A DNA stretch of 63,683 nt, the filler included, from Anaerolineae bacterium (GTDB lineage Bacteria > Chloroflexota > Anaerolineae > Epilineales > Epilineaceae): the NCBI GenBank assembly GCA_029262755.1. It is 6 parts of 6 records of this genome, joined end to end, with 100 filler letters (N's around TTAATTAATTAA, not from the genome) between each part and the next. Parts side by side here need not be neighbours in the genome. Positions count along the whole stretch, not along the records: positions 1 to 13,120 come from JAJCYU010000322.1; 5 more parts are not named here. One strand, 5' to 3'. Positions 1 to 9,148 of the stretch are shown in pieces; positions within the stretch are counted from its first letter, which is position 1, and each line of letters opens with the position of its first letter. A program made the position numbers and the translations under genes. Below the pieces are notes generated by a model that ran no database searches, was not told where the DNA came from, and saw nothing but the letters and a program-made list of their open reading frames with translations.

Positions 1-40
1 CCTGGAGAATGCCGCGTCGAGACGCGGCCGGCAGCCTCAG

Positions 41-140
41 GCGTGGTCCGTTAGGCCGACCCGGCTGTGGTCCTTTGACCCGATCTAGGTGTGGTCCGTT
101 GGGCCGACCTCACCTGTGGTTTGTACCCCGGTCTGTGACA
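41..140. mobile_element. Probable terminal end of an IS21-like element (rest lies outside the window)
   Basis: Four copies of a GTGGT(CC) motif at 43, 67, 91 and 116 (24-25 bp period), ending in ...GTCTGTGACA, i.e. a 5'-TGTCAC terminus on the minus strand. Periodic subterminal repeats with a TG/CA end are typical of IS21-family ends. No transposase is visible. Confidence 0.5.
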
Positions 141-495
141 CCGCTGCCAGGCGATCGCGATGCGCGGAGTTCGCGACGCGGTGACCCTCTGTCGGCAGCC
201 TATCGATCTACTTGTTCGATTCGGATCGGTTGGGTGCTGCCCTGCTCAACGCCGGCCATTTCCTGGAGAGTTCGTGCGAGAACATGGCGTTGGACGATTC
301 GGCCTGCGCCCCGGACACACGCGTCCTTCCGGTTCGCTGCGACACAGAGTGGTGGAGGTCGTATGCTGACCGTGGTCGTTCGGTGCGTCGCGGGCCGGGT
401 GGGGGTACGATCGCTCGTGTGCCTCGGCCGCTCGGACGCGGTGTGAGGGATCGCGTCCCGACGAGACGAGCCTTGAGGCGAGCGAAGGATTGGTC

Positions 496-819
496 ATGCT
501 GAACAATCTCCTATCACTAGGCCCGCTCTCTTACTTTGTCCCGTTGATGTTCTTCGCGATTGCGGCCGGCGTCCTAAGCTTCCTCCTAACGACCCGTGTC
601 GGTTCGATTGTCGCCGGCCTAGCTCTCTTTCTACCCGTCGTACCGCTTTGGGCCGTACGGGACGACCTAGCCCCATGGCCCTTGGCTCTTTATGTGTTCA
701 CGGCGACCTGTGTGGTATTCGCCAGTGCACGGCGCATGCAGCGGTTGACGAAGGTGCTGGCGCTGGTGCATTTCGTGGTCGCGTTGATTGTGTTGTTGCA
801 CGTTGTGGGCGATAGATAG
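496..819 (+). CDS. Small hypothetical integral membrane protein (~4 TM)
   Basis: ORF 490..819; ATG at 496 preceded by GAAGGA; almost entirely hydrophobic segments. Confidence 0.65.
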   Translation: MLNNLLSLGPLSYFVPLMFFAIAAGVLSFLLTTRVGSIVAGLALFLPVVPLWAVRDDLAPWPLALYVFTATCVVFASARRMQRLTKVLALVHFVVALIVLLHVVGDR

Positions 820-919
820 GCGGCGGCGAGACCGTCGCACGCGACGCGACGCGGCTGGCTCGGATCGATGGCCGTTCACCCGGTTGCCGTGAGAAGTGTG
901 AAGGCGTAGCCTGAGCGGC

Positions 920-1498
920 ATGCACGAAGTCATCGATCACGGTTCTCCGGTCCCCGTAGCGACTGTCCGCCCGCTGGACACGCGCCGCCTGGCCGTTTCC
1001 GGCATCCTGCTGACGCTGCTCGCGTTGCGTGGTCCCCTCTACAGGTATGCCGGATCTGATGCCGACCTTGCCGCGATTAGCCAGATCTATGGTCCGCCAG
1101 ACGGTGGTCCCATAGCGTATGGACCAGCGCTATACGCACTGCCGGCTGGTTGGATCCTACTGACGGCGTGTTCGCTTCTGGCGGTCTCAGCCATGCCAAG
1201 GGCGCCCCAGCGGCTGACGAGCATCCCGGTGGGGAGGCTTTGCCTTCTCACAGGAGTCGCGATGCTCGTGGCAACAGCATTGACTCCTGTGGAATCCCTG
1301 ATGCAAGCCTATCTCGGCGTAGACGGGATGTTCCATCTTGAGTTGGGGAAAGGTTTGTATGAGTTCTATGCCTGCCTTGTAGTGCTAACTGGCGGCATCG
1401 CCTCCCTTCTCCAACGCGGAGGGGCCAGCATCGGCGGAACGCTTCCGAACAGCCCCTCAACCGTCGAAGGAGATTCCGATGGTCATGCTCGGACGTGA
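920..1498 (+). CDS. Hypothetical membrane protein
   Basis: 192-aa ORF with about four hydrophobic stretches; its stop overlaps the next ORF. Confidence 0.6.
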   Translation: MHEVIDHGSPVPVATVRPLDTRRLAVSGILLTLLALRGPLYRYAGSDADLAAISQIYGPPDGGPIAYGPALYALPAGWILLTACSLLAVSAMPRAPQRLTSIPVGRLCLLTGVAMLVATALTPVESLMQAYLGVDGMFHLELGKGLYEFYACLVVLTGGIASLLQRGGASIGGTLPNSPSTVEGDSDGHART

Positions 1499-1825
1499 TC
1501 TCAACGACGCCTGGCGAGCGCGCTGCCTTCGGCGATTCACGACCGTTCTCGGCATCGCCCTCACCTGGGTCGTGACGGCTGTAGCCATCGGCATTTACCC
1601 TCCGATGGCCGCAGATTCTGATCAGGCTCGCAATGCTCGGGCGTTGACGTTTCAATCCGTGGGCGGATTCGGAAGCACAGTTTCCGGTGTCGTGGTCAGC
1701 GGCACCATCGCGTATGCGTCGCGCGGTCGTGTGCTCGATGTGCTCGATGTGTCCGATCCGGCCGCGCCTCAATTGCTTGGTACGAGCGCGCGGCTGCCCT
1801 CGCTAGGGACCGTTCGGGCGGTGGG
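1479..1825 (+). pseudogene. Truncated secreted LVIVD-repeat (beta-propeller) protein
   Basis: AAGGAG SD, hydrophobic leader, then VVVSGTIAYA...LDVLDVSDPAAPQLLG (LVIVD-type repeat). Homology to the IS66 fragment starts abruptly at 1826. Confidence 0.6.
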
Positions 1826-2443
1826 CGAGAAGACTTCCTGAGCGTTTCGCTTGCTCATTCCGGGCCAGCCCGTCATCCAAGCCGTCTTCGCGTGCCCTCG
1901 CGATCCGAACGCACTTGCGACCTAGCACGGTACATCGCCACGGATGACATGCCGGCAGCAGGTGCACCGCAGGCGATGAATGCGATTCTCGATGACCTGA
2001 ACCGTGGGCTTTGAGATCTCGGTCACATGCCATCGATGCGGGGTCTGATCTTCACTCAGCAAGAGCGCCGAGCAGCGCTCACAACTCAACGGTCGATGAT
2101 GGATCACACCACCCACATGGTCCACCGACATCAGCGCTCGATTCCGTCGTGGATAGCCCTGCTGGCCGCCGCGCTTGCGCTTCATCGGCCGGCCGCGCTT
2201 GCGCGGTTTCGCCAATGGCGCGTCGCTCGATGGCGGCTTCGACGAGGTCTCATAGTTCTTCCCCAGGCGTTGCTTGAGCCCTCCACAATCCGCACCTGCA
2301 ACTCTGTAATGATCGCCACAATCGCACGGAGTTCCGCGTTCTCACGCTGTAACTCACGCACTTGCTTTCGGAAATCCGCCGCCTCAATCATGCCACCGAG
2401 GCCGTCCCCGCTTCCTCGCCGAGGCAACCCGCTGAACAGTTAC
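1826..2443 (-). mobile_element. Degenerate 5' half of an IS66-family element (left IR plus frameshifted transposase start)
   Basis: Starts GTAACTGTTCAGCGG at 2443. Encodes a coiled coil, an SKPPSSD motif, RKRGGQQG and the CERC...CTCC zinc finger, with a frameshift and an in-frame TAG. 1826-~2110 is an imperfect inverted copy of 2444-~2728. Confidence 0.85.
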
Positions 2444-3577
2444 GTGTGATCGAACATAGACCGCTGAGTTGTGAGCGCTGCTCGGCGCTCTTGCTGGGCG
2501 AAGATCCGGACCCGCGTCGATGGCAAGTGACGGAGATACCGAAGCCCACGGTTCAGGTAATCGAGCATCGCATTCATCGCCTGCGGTGCACTTGCTGCGG
2601 GCATGTCAGCCGAGGCGACGTGCCCCGCGAGGTCACGAGTGCGTTCGGATCGCGAGTACACGCGAAGAAGGCTTGGATGACGGGCCGGCTCGGAATGAGC
2701 AAGCGGAACGCTCAGGAAGTCTTCTCGACGTTCTTCGGATTGGAGCTTTCGGTGGGCAGCGTCAGCGCGATTGAGCGACGTGTGGCAGCGTCGCTCGAGG
2801 AGCCGTATACCGAAGCGTGGTCGAGTGCACGTGGTTCGCCGGTTATCCACGCCGATGAGACGCCTTGGTATGAAGACCGGCGTCTTGCCTGGCTGTGGGT
2901 GATGACCACGGGGGATCTCACCGTCTACCGCATCCAAGATCGGCGAAACAAGGAGGCCGCGATGGCCTTCATCGGTGAGGACTTCGCCGGCACGGCGTGC
3001 ACCGACCGCTATGGCGCCTACGTGTGGATCGCCAAGCGTGGCTTCTGCTGGGCGCATCTGAGACGAAACTTCGAGGCGATGTCTCTGGCTCCGGGCGGCG
3101 AGTGGTATGGGCAACGTCTTCGAGCGGCTGCGAGCCAGATCATGATCACGTGGTACCAGAACGCGCGCGGCGAGATCGACGATGCCCAGAAAGATGCCAA
3201 ACTCGCGACGGCTCGACGTCAGGTGGAAGACGCGCTCCGATGGGCGGCTGCGCAGCCGCATTTCGAGCGTGTCCAGCGCCAGGCGGCTGCGATGCTCGAA
3301 CAGAGCGATCATCTCTGGGCCTTTCTCGAGGTGCCAGGACTGCCGCCGGATAACAACATCGCCGAACGGGCCATGCGCCGAGGCGTCCTTTGGCGCAAAC
3401 GCAGTTATGGCACGGACTCGCCGGCCGGCAGCCGATTCGCCGAGCGTATCCTGACAGCCGTGGAGTCTCTGCGAGCTCAGGACCGCGACGTTCTCGAATT
3501 CCTCGCCGAGGCCTACGACGCGACGCTCAACAAGCGACCTGCGCCCTCGCTGCTTCCGTGAACCGCTGAACAGTTAC
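2444..3577 (+). mobile_element. 5'-truncated IS66-family element: transposase (TnpC-like) ending at 3561 plus right IR
   Basis: Motifs HADET, TDRY, CWAHLRR and DNNIAERAMR; right IR CCGCTGAACAGTTAC at 3563-3577. The transposase N-terminus is missing. Confidence 0.9.
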
Positions 3578-3985
3578 CGTAAACGTATACTCCAGACTAT
3601 TGGACACGTCTTCACGCTGCTCTTCGTCCCAACCAGATTCGGTTACATCGATCGTCTCTCCAGGTACGTCAGGAGCAATTCCGCCGCTTCCAGCGAAATA
3701 ACTCTGGCCACCTGCTATGAGCTCCAGTCGGGACCACACATTGGCAATTGCATTGGTTGATTGCCCGCACCCGGAGGACTTCTTAAAATATATTCGCACT
3801 GTTGTGGGTCGGCCATCAATGATATCGACAGTATTTCCTACATCTTGAATAGCTTGTGTCACTTCCCAGTGCGCGACTGTCGCGCGGCAAACTGATTGTC
3901 CTTGAGCCATTTCATTGGCACCCACCGCGCTTGCAAGGACAATTGCCACGCTGAGCAGAATAGACTGAAGTTTCCTTGTGTTTAT
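3578..3985 (-). pseudogene. Secreted protein truncated by IS66
   Basis: Signal-peptide-like N-terminus (NTRKLQSILLSVAIVLASAVGA). The SD AAGGAG lies 7 nt upstream of an in-frame ATA at 3985. The frame runs into the IS66 right IR at 3577. Confidence 0.55.
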
Positions 3986-4028
3986 CCCGCATCTCCTTTA
4001 TTCGCTGAACAACAGGGTTCACAGTTGT

Positions 4029-5021
4029 TCATCGACAAGAATAGGTGAACTGTTTCTCGTAGTCTTCGGCCGAGCGCACCATTCCGCTTTCGCGCGCCAG
4101 CCGGTTGTCAGCACTCCACTCATATGATATCAAGTATTGGAAGTCGCCATTTAGCCGCGACTCCTCTCCGACCAGCCTTGTCTTGTCATCATAGGTGAAC
4201 TGTCGAGACGTAATCGGCGCTGACAGGTCGGCGCCAGTGGTTTCTGAACTAATCAATAATCCAAGCTCGTTGTAAGAATAGTGCGTTATATAGAACATTG
4301 TTCCGTCGATATCAATTGTTTGGCGAAACACCTTGTCCTTCTCCCACTGCAGGGACGTCACAGTGGTAGTGCCCGACTCCAAATCGAGGTAATTGACTTG
4401 CACTAGTCGTACTGCCTCGTTGATCACTTCGTACTCGTGTGTGTTTTGCGAGTCCCAATCTCCATCCCCATCGCGATCGGTTTGGGTTTTGGCCACTCTA
4501 CCATCCTTGCGATATGTCTTTCGTTCATTGCTCTGATGGCCACTGATATTGTTCCTTGTAGTGGTGTATTGCGCGGTATTCCTCTCTTGATATCGTACGT
4601 ATTGTTGCTGCTCAAAATCTCCACTTCCTATTGTGTCTTGCCGGGAATGATTGATACTCCCATGGGAGTCAAAGTCCACCATGGAGTGAAGCCAGCTGCG
4701 GCCGGTGCGCACATGCTTGATATTTGTCCACCGTACGCAGTTGGAGTATTGCATTCCCGCATGAAGGCCCGGAGAGCTGGTAGAAATTGCATCGAATCTC
4801 GGCGGGAAAGGAATCGCAGTGCCATCGCTGGGACTCCCGCCAGATGACACCGACGTCTCTGTTGGCATCAATGCCGGAAACCACAGGCTCATGGCGTTTT
4901 CTGAACACATGCAACCTGTTGGTGTGCTGAAGCTGTCGGCATTGGCAAACACCGGTGTGGCAGTACATATATAGAGTATTGCAGTTGCCGTGCAGACCAA
5001 TAGTCGGATGTACATAATCAT
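4029..5021 (-). CDS. Secreted protein with YD/RHS-like repeats
   Basis: 330-aa ORF with a signal peptide and repeats such as YSYNELGLL, FTYDDKTRL, YEWSADNRL; visibly lower GC than the host. Confidence 0.65.
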   Translation of the reverse strand: MIMYIRLLVCTATAILYICTATPVFANADSFSTPTGCMCSENAMSLWFPALMPTETSVSSGGSPSDGTAIPFPPRFDAISTSSPGLHAGMQYSNCVRWTNIKHVRTGRSWLHSMVDFDSHGSINHSRQDTIGSGDFEQQQYVRYQERNTAQYTTTRNNISGHQSNERKTYRKDGRVAKTQTDRDGDGDWDSQNTHEYEVINEAVRLVQVNYLDLESGTTTVTSLQWEKDKVFRQTIDIDGTMFYITHYSYNELGLLISSETTGADLSAPITSRQFTYDDKTRLVGEESRLNGDFQYLISYEWSADNRLARESGMVRSAEDYEKQFTYSCR

Positions 5022-5708
5022 TGCACCCTGCCGCTACGTAGGTCGACCCCGCCATTCGTGCATGGTCCATGCCGCATTGTTCACATGGCGTTATGTCCAC
5101 CATCGATGTTTCTGACGTGTAGTCCATGACGCACGCGAACCACATATCGGGGACGGTTCGGTCTCGAGACTTGCCAGCTACAACACCTAGAGTACTCCAG
5201 GTCGGACGGCTGTATCCCACTGATCGCCCGATGCTCGCCCAACGATTCTCGTGCTCCGCCGCCTGGCCCTATGTATATCGTCTCCGCCCAGTTTGCGACG
5301 GAGGGCGCGGCGCTCCGGTCCGAAGGCCCCTCCACGCCGCCCAATGGTGATTATGGCGACTCGAGCCGGACAACTTGGCTGCTTCAACACTCACCATACC
5401 CGAATCGGACTGCGACTTCAATCTCTGAACCAACCGACTTCCCTTCGCTTGCCCTACGCTCACCTTCGTTCGCACTGCGGTGCAGGAGCCGGTGGTTCCC
5501 ATCACCGGGTCCTGCCTTGCTAGTCGATTTCGCCGAGACTCAGCTGCTTCCGCAGTTGATCCACTCCGAACTGGCGCTTTGGATACCGCACTCTGATGGC
5601 GTCACTACGATATCGATCACATCGAGCGGGCTGAATGGAGAGCTGTTGCAGCCGCTCGTCCACTGATAGGCCCCGGGGAACGGCAGAGCCGTCAACTCGA
5701 CAGTATCA

Positions 5709-8700
5709 GGGGTCGCGGATCTAACGGAACGACGAACGTGCATAGACATAACGGGCGACGATGTGGAGGGTCGACGCTGCCAGGTTCTCGTCAGCCCCCC
5801 TGGCTCCGGCTGGCACATTGCGAGTCCAGCATAGACTGCTTCGTGGCCGGATTCAATGGCGTTGTCGACGTTGAGCCCGCGTCCGGCCGACACGGGGCCG
5901 GCGGATGGCAGGGCTTGGCGGATTGGGTCGCGAATCGGGTCGCGAATCGGGGTGCGATGCGGTGGCATCAGGGAGTTGCGTCTGAGAGCCGGGCGGTTGG
6001 ATGGCGCTAGCCGTCATCCGGCTGGAGGCGCAGAGGGCGCAGCTGCTCCGGCGAGAGCTTGGGGTCGAGACTGAAGTGGTAGCGGCCATGGATGCGGATG
6101 TGGTGGTGGAGTAGCGGCGAGAGGGTGGCGGCGTGGTCGGTGGAGGCGGTGCGGCCGTGGCGTGCGAGGTGGTCGATGGTGTGACCGATGTAGCGACTGT
6201 TCCAGAGGACGACGATGTTGAGCAGGAGCCCGAGAGCGCCGAGCTGTTCCTCTTGGCCTTCCTGGTAGCCGCGGCGGAGCTGGCCACGTTGGCCGAAGAA
6301 GAGGGCGCGGGCGAGGGCGTGACGGGACTCGGTTCGGTTGAGCTGGACGAGGATGCGCCGTCGGTAGGCTTCGTCGTCGAGGAAGGCGAGCAGGTGCATG
6401 GACTTGATGATGCGGCCGAGATTGCGCAGTGCGTTGCGGAGGCCGGAGGCACGCGAGCCTTCGCCGAGAAGGCGCAAGAGTTGTGAGGGGCGGACGTGGC
6501 CGGCGTGAAGGGAGGCGGTGAGGCGTAGGATGTCGTCCCAGTGGTCGCGGATGGGTCGGGTGGCGACGCGGTGACGGGCGACATCGCCGAGGGGGCCGTA
6601 GTCGGCGCGGGCATCGATGCGCCAGATGCGCTGCTCGGCGAAGGGGCGCAAGCGGGGGCTGAGCTGGAAGCCGAGGAGGTGGAAGAGGGCGAAGACGATC
6701 TCGCTGGCGCCGGCGGTGTCGGCCATGAGCTCGGTGGGCGCGGCGGAGGTGTCGTGCTCGAGCAGGCCGTCGAGGATGAAGAGCGAGTCGCGCAGGGTGC
6801 CGGGGATGACGATGTGGTGGAAGCCGGCGAAGCGGTCGGAGAGGTAGTTGTACCAGGTGGCGCCGGGGCGGTTGCCGAAGTACTTGCGGGAGAAGCCGGC
6901 ATGGAGGGCGCGCACGGGGACGACGAAGCGCAGACCGTCGACGCCGGCGACCTCGCCGCTGCCCCAGAGGGCGGAGATGGGCAGTTCGGACTGCGCCGTG
7001 ACGAGGCGGGCGTTGGCCTCGGCGAGGGTGTCGTTGCGGACGTAGCAGCGGCGGATCCACGCGAGGTGGTCGGGTGCGAGGGCGGGCAGGTGCGCCTCGG
7101 CCAGGGCGTTGAGGGGTAGGTTGCAGCCGTCGGCAAGCAGGACGGCGGCCAGGGAGACGGGCAGATCCTTGGAGCGTGAGCGCTGTCGGCCGATGTGGTG
7201 GAAGGCGTCGAGGAGGCCGGTCCAGCGATGGACTTCGAGGATGAGTCCGGGCAGATCGACCAGAGGCAGTGCACGCGCGAAGTCGGCCTGGAGCCGTTTG
7301 GCAGCCGGGATCGTGGATTGGAGCGCGAGGGGGGCGAGCTTGACGTAGGGAGCGCGGCGGTCGTAGGCCACGACGGCGTGGGGGTTGTAAGGAAGTCGGC
7401 GGGCGACGTCGCGCAGTCGTTGATGCAGGCCATCGCGGAGACGTTGGACGGCGGTGAGGCCGTCGGTGGGCAAGTCGAGCTGATCCGCGGCTGCGGAGCG
7501 CAGGTTGGGCCAATCGCGGAAGTCGATGAGGCGGGCGAGGGGGTCGTCCCAGCGCTGGCTGGCGGGGGCGTGGACGTCGCGGGTGCGCAGCGAGCGGCGC
7601 GGTTCGTGGGCGAGCCAGACGGTGAAGGCGCGGCGATCGGTGGATCCGTCGGGGCGACGGACGTGTCGCCGCCAGCGTGGGGCGAGGGCCTCGAGCGGAG
7701 CTTCGGGCACGGTGGGCTGCGGGCGATCGGGCAGCTCGCGCAGGAAGCGCAGGGCACGCTCGAAGTCGCGCGCGGCGGGACTGGCATCGAAGTCGAGGGT
7801 GCGCAGAAAGCGGGGCAGGAAGCGCTGGAGGGTAAGGGCCTTGGCGACGAGATGATCGAGGACGAGGTCGTCCTCGCGGCGTAACGACTCCTCGACGACG
7901 CGCAGCGCGGACTGGATGCGCGTTCGAGGAACGCGGGCGAAGATGGTCTCGCGCAGCACGGCCGGCTCGATGGCGTCGTCGAGGAGGATCGCACAGGCCT
8001 CGTGGAGCTCGAGTGCGGCGGCGGGGAAGGCGTCGCGGCGTCGGCGGCGCTCGTGTTTGGCGTTGAGGCGCGCCTCGGTCTCCAGCTTGGCCAGGAGGAG
8101 GTCGTAGAGGTCGAGGCAGTCGTCGACGGCACGGCGATGGCGCACGTGCAGGAAGGCTACGAGGGCGGCGCGACGATGGCGGGTGCGCAGAGCGGCCAGA
8201 GCGGGGCGCGGAAGGATGGCGGTTCGTTGAGCCAGGCGCAGGACTCGGCGCGCGGGCACGGCGGAGAGGTCGAGGTCGTGGCAGGCGACGGCTTGGATGC
8301 GATCGATGATGTCGAGCGCGTGGCCGATGCCGGTGCTGGAGAGGCGGGCGGGGCGCTCGTGCAGGCGGTCGAGGGGGGCGATGCCGTCGTCCTCGGGCAC
8401 GAGCAGCCGGTCGAGCTCGGCGCGGTGGTCGCCGTCTAGCGCGGCATCGATGCGGCGCGCCGCGCGGTCCTTGGCCCGGCGCACCACGCGCGCAACGAGT
8501 CGCTCGAGGGTGGTCACGCCGGGCAGGAGGATGCGTTGCGCGACGAGGCGCTCCACGGCCGCGTCGAAGAGCGGGTTCGCGCGCGCATCACCCAGCCAGG
8601 CGCGCCGCAGGAGCCAGGTCACGAAGCGCCGCGCGCAGGCCGCGTCGCGCAGGTCGCGGTAGCCGTAGGCGGCGACGATCTCGTGGCGATGGCGGCGGCG

Positions 8701-9106
8701 GGTATGGGCGCCGTAGGCCTGGTCGAGGTCGTCGATGGCCGAGATGCCGAGTGCTCGCGTGAGACGACGGTGGACGATCGCGGGCACGTCGCAGGGCCGG
8801 TCGGGGAAGCGGCCCGTCGCGCGCAAGGCAACCAGCTGCAGCGCATAGCCGAGGACGTTCGCAGGGCCGGCAAGGGCAGCGATACGCATGCGATCGAAGG
8901 CATCGACGTGGCAGAGCGCATCCAGCGTCTCGTTGGGCGGGGCCGTGGGGAAGCGTCCGTAGGCTCGGCGCCGCGTCGGCGAGAGGAAGGTCACCGGCAC
9001 GCGCAGGCGGAGCCGGAGGTCGGGGGAACGGTCAAGGGCGAGCGCCCGGGCTACGCCATCGCGCTGCTCCGATGCGCATTCGCCGTTGCGTTAGATCCGT
9101 GACCCC
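5709..9106 (-). mobile_element. Tn3-family IS-like element (transposase only)
   Basis: 38-bp inverted repeats starting GGGGTC at 5709-5746 and 9069-9106 (31/38 identical) enclose one TnpA gene; no resolvase gene. Confidence 0.9.
6007..9000 (-). CDS. tnpA: Tn3-family transposase
   Basis: 997 aa; N-terminal MPVTFLS and LLPGVTTLERLV motifs; DDE residues in VDGLRF, ADTAG and LNRTESRH. Confidence 0.95.
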   Translation of the reverse strand: MPVTFLSPTRRRAYGRFPTAPPNETLDALCHVDAFDRMRIAALAGPANVLGYALQLVALRATGRFPDRPCDVPAIVHRRLTRALGISAIDDLDQAYGAHTRRRHRHEIVAAYGYRDLRDAACARRFVTWLLRRAWLGDARANPLFDAAVERLVAQRILLPGVTTLERLVARVVRRAKDRAARRIDAALDGDHRAELDRLLVPEDDGIAPLDRLHERPARLSSTGIGHALDIIDRIQAVACHDLDLSAVPARRVLRLAQRTAILPRPALAALRTRHRRAALVAFLHVRHRRAVDDCLDLYDLLLAKLETEARLNAKHERRRRRDAFPAAALELHEACAILLDDAIEPAVLRETIFARVPRTRIQSALRVVEESLRREDDLVLDHLVAKALTLQRFLPRFLRTLDFDASPAARDFERALRFLRELPDRPQPTVPEAPLEALAPRWRRHVRRPDGSTDRRAFTVWLAHEPRRSLRTRDVHAPASQRWDDPLARLIDFRDWPNLRSAAADQLDLPTDGLTAVQRLRDGLHQRLRDVARRLPYNPHAVVAYDRRAPYVKLAPLALQSTIPAAKRLQADFARALPLVDLPGLILEVHRWTGLLDAFHHIGRQRSRSKDLPVSLAAVLLADGCNLPLNALAEAHLPALAPDHLAWIRRCYVRNDTLAEANARLVTAQSELPISALWGSGEVAGVDGLRFVVPVRALHAGFSRKYFGNRPGATWYNYLSDRFAGFHHIVIPGTLRDSLFILDGLLEHDTSAAPTELMADTAGASEIVFALFHLLGFQLSPRLRPFAEQRIWRIDARADYGPLGDVARHRVATRPIRDHWDDILRLTASLHAGHVRPSQLLRLLGEGSRASGLRNALRNLGRIIKSMHLLAFLDDEAYRRRILVQLNRTESRHALARALFFGQRGQLRRGYQEGQEEQLGALGLLLNIVVLWNSRYIGHTIDHLARHGRTASTDHAATLSPLLHHHIRIHGRYHFSLDPKLSPEQLRPLRLQPDDG

Positions 9107-9148
9107 ACTAATGCCGGTCCTCCCACCACTAATGCCGGTCCTCCCACC
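9107..9148. repeat. Perfect 21-bp tandem duplication containing the amidase stop codon
   Basis: ACTAATGCCGGTCCTCCCACC at 9107-9127 and 9128-9148, flush with the Tn3 IR. Confidence 0.9.

Noticed and set aside
41..140. Possible CRISPR array
   Set aside because: Period is only 24-25 bp with degenerate units, no spacer-sized unique sequence and no cas genes.
212..502. Possible toxin fragment upstream of the small membrane (immunity-like) gene
   Set aside because: No recognisable motif; coding status unsupported.
140..1825. Integron cassette array (short co-oriented ORFs)
   Set aside because: No RYYYAAC...GTTRRRY attC structures found between the ORFs, and no integrase.
5853..8132. Long alternative-frame and antisense ORFs over tnpA (and 58783-61839, 55990-58296 over the beta-helix gene)
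   Set aside because: Shadow ORFs expected from high-GC codon bias; low-complexity translations with no motifs.
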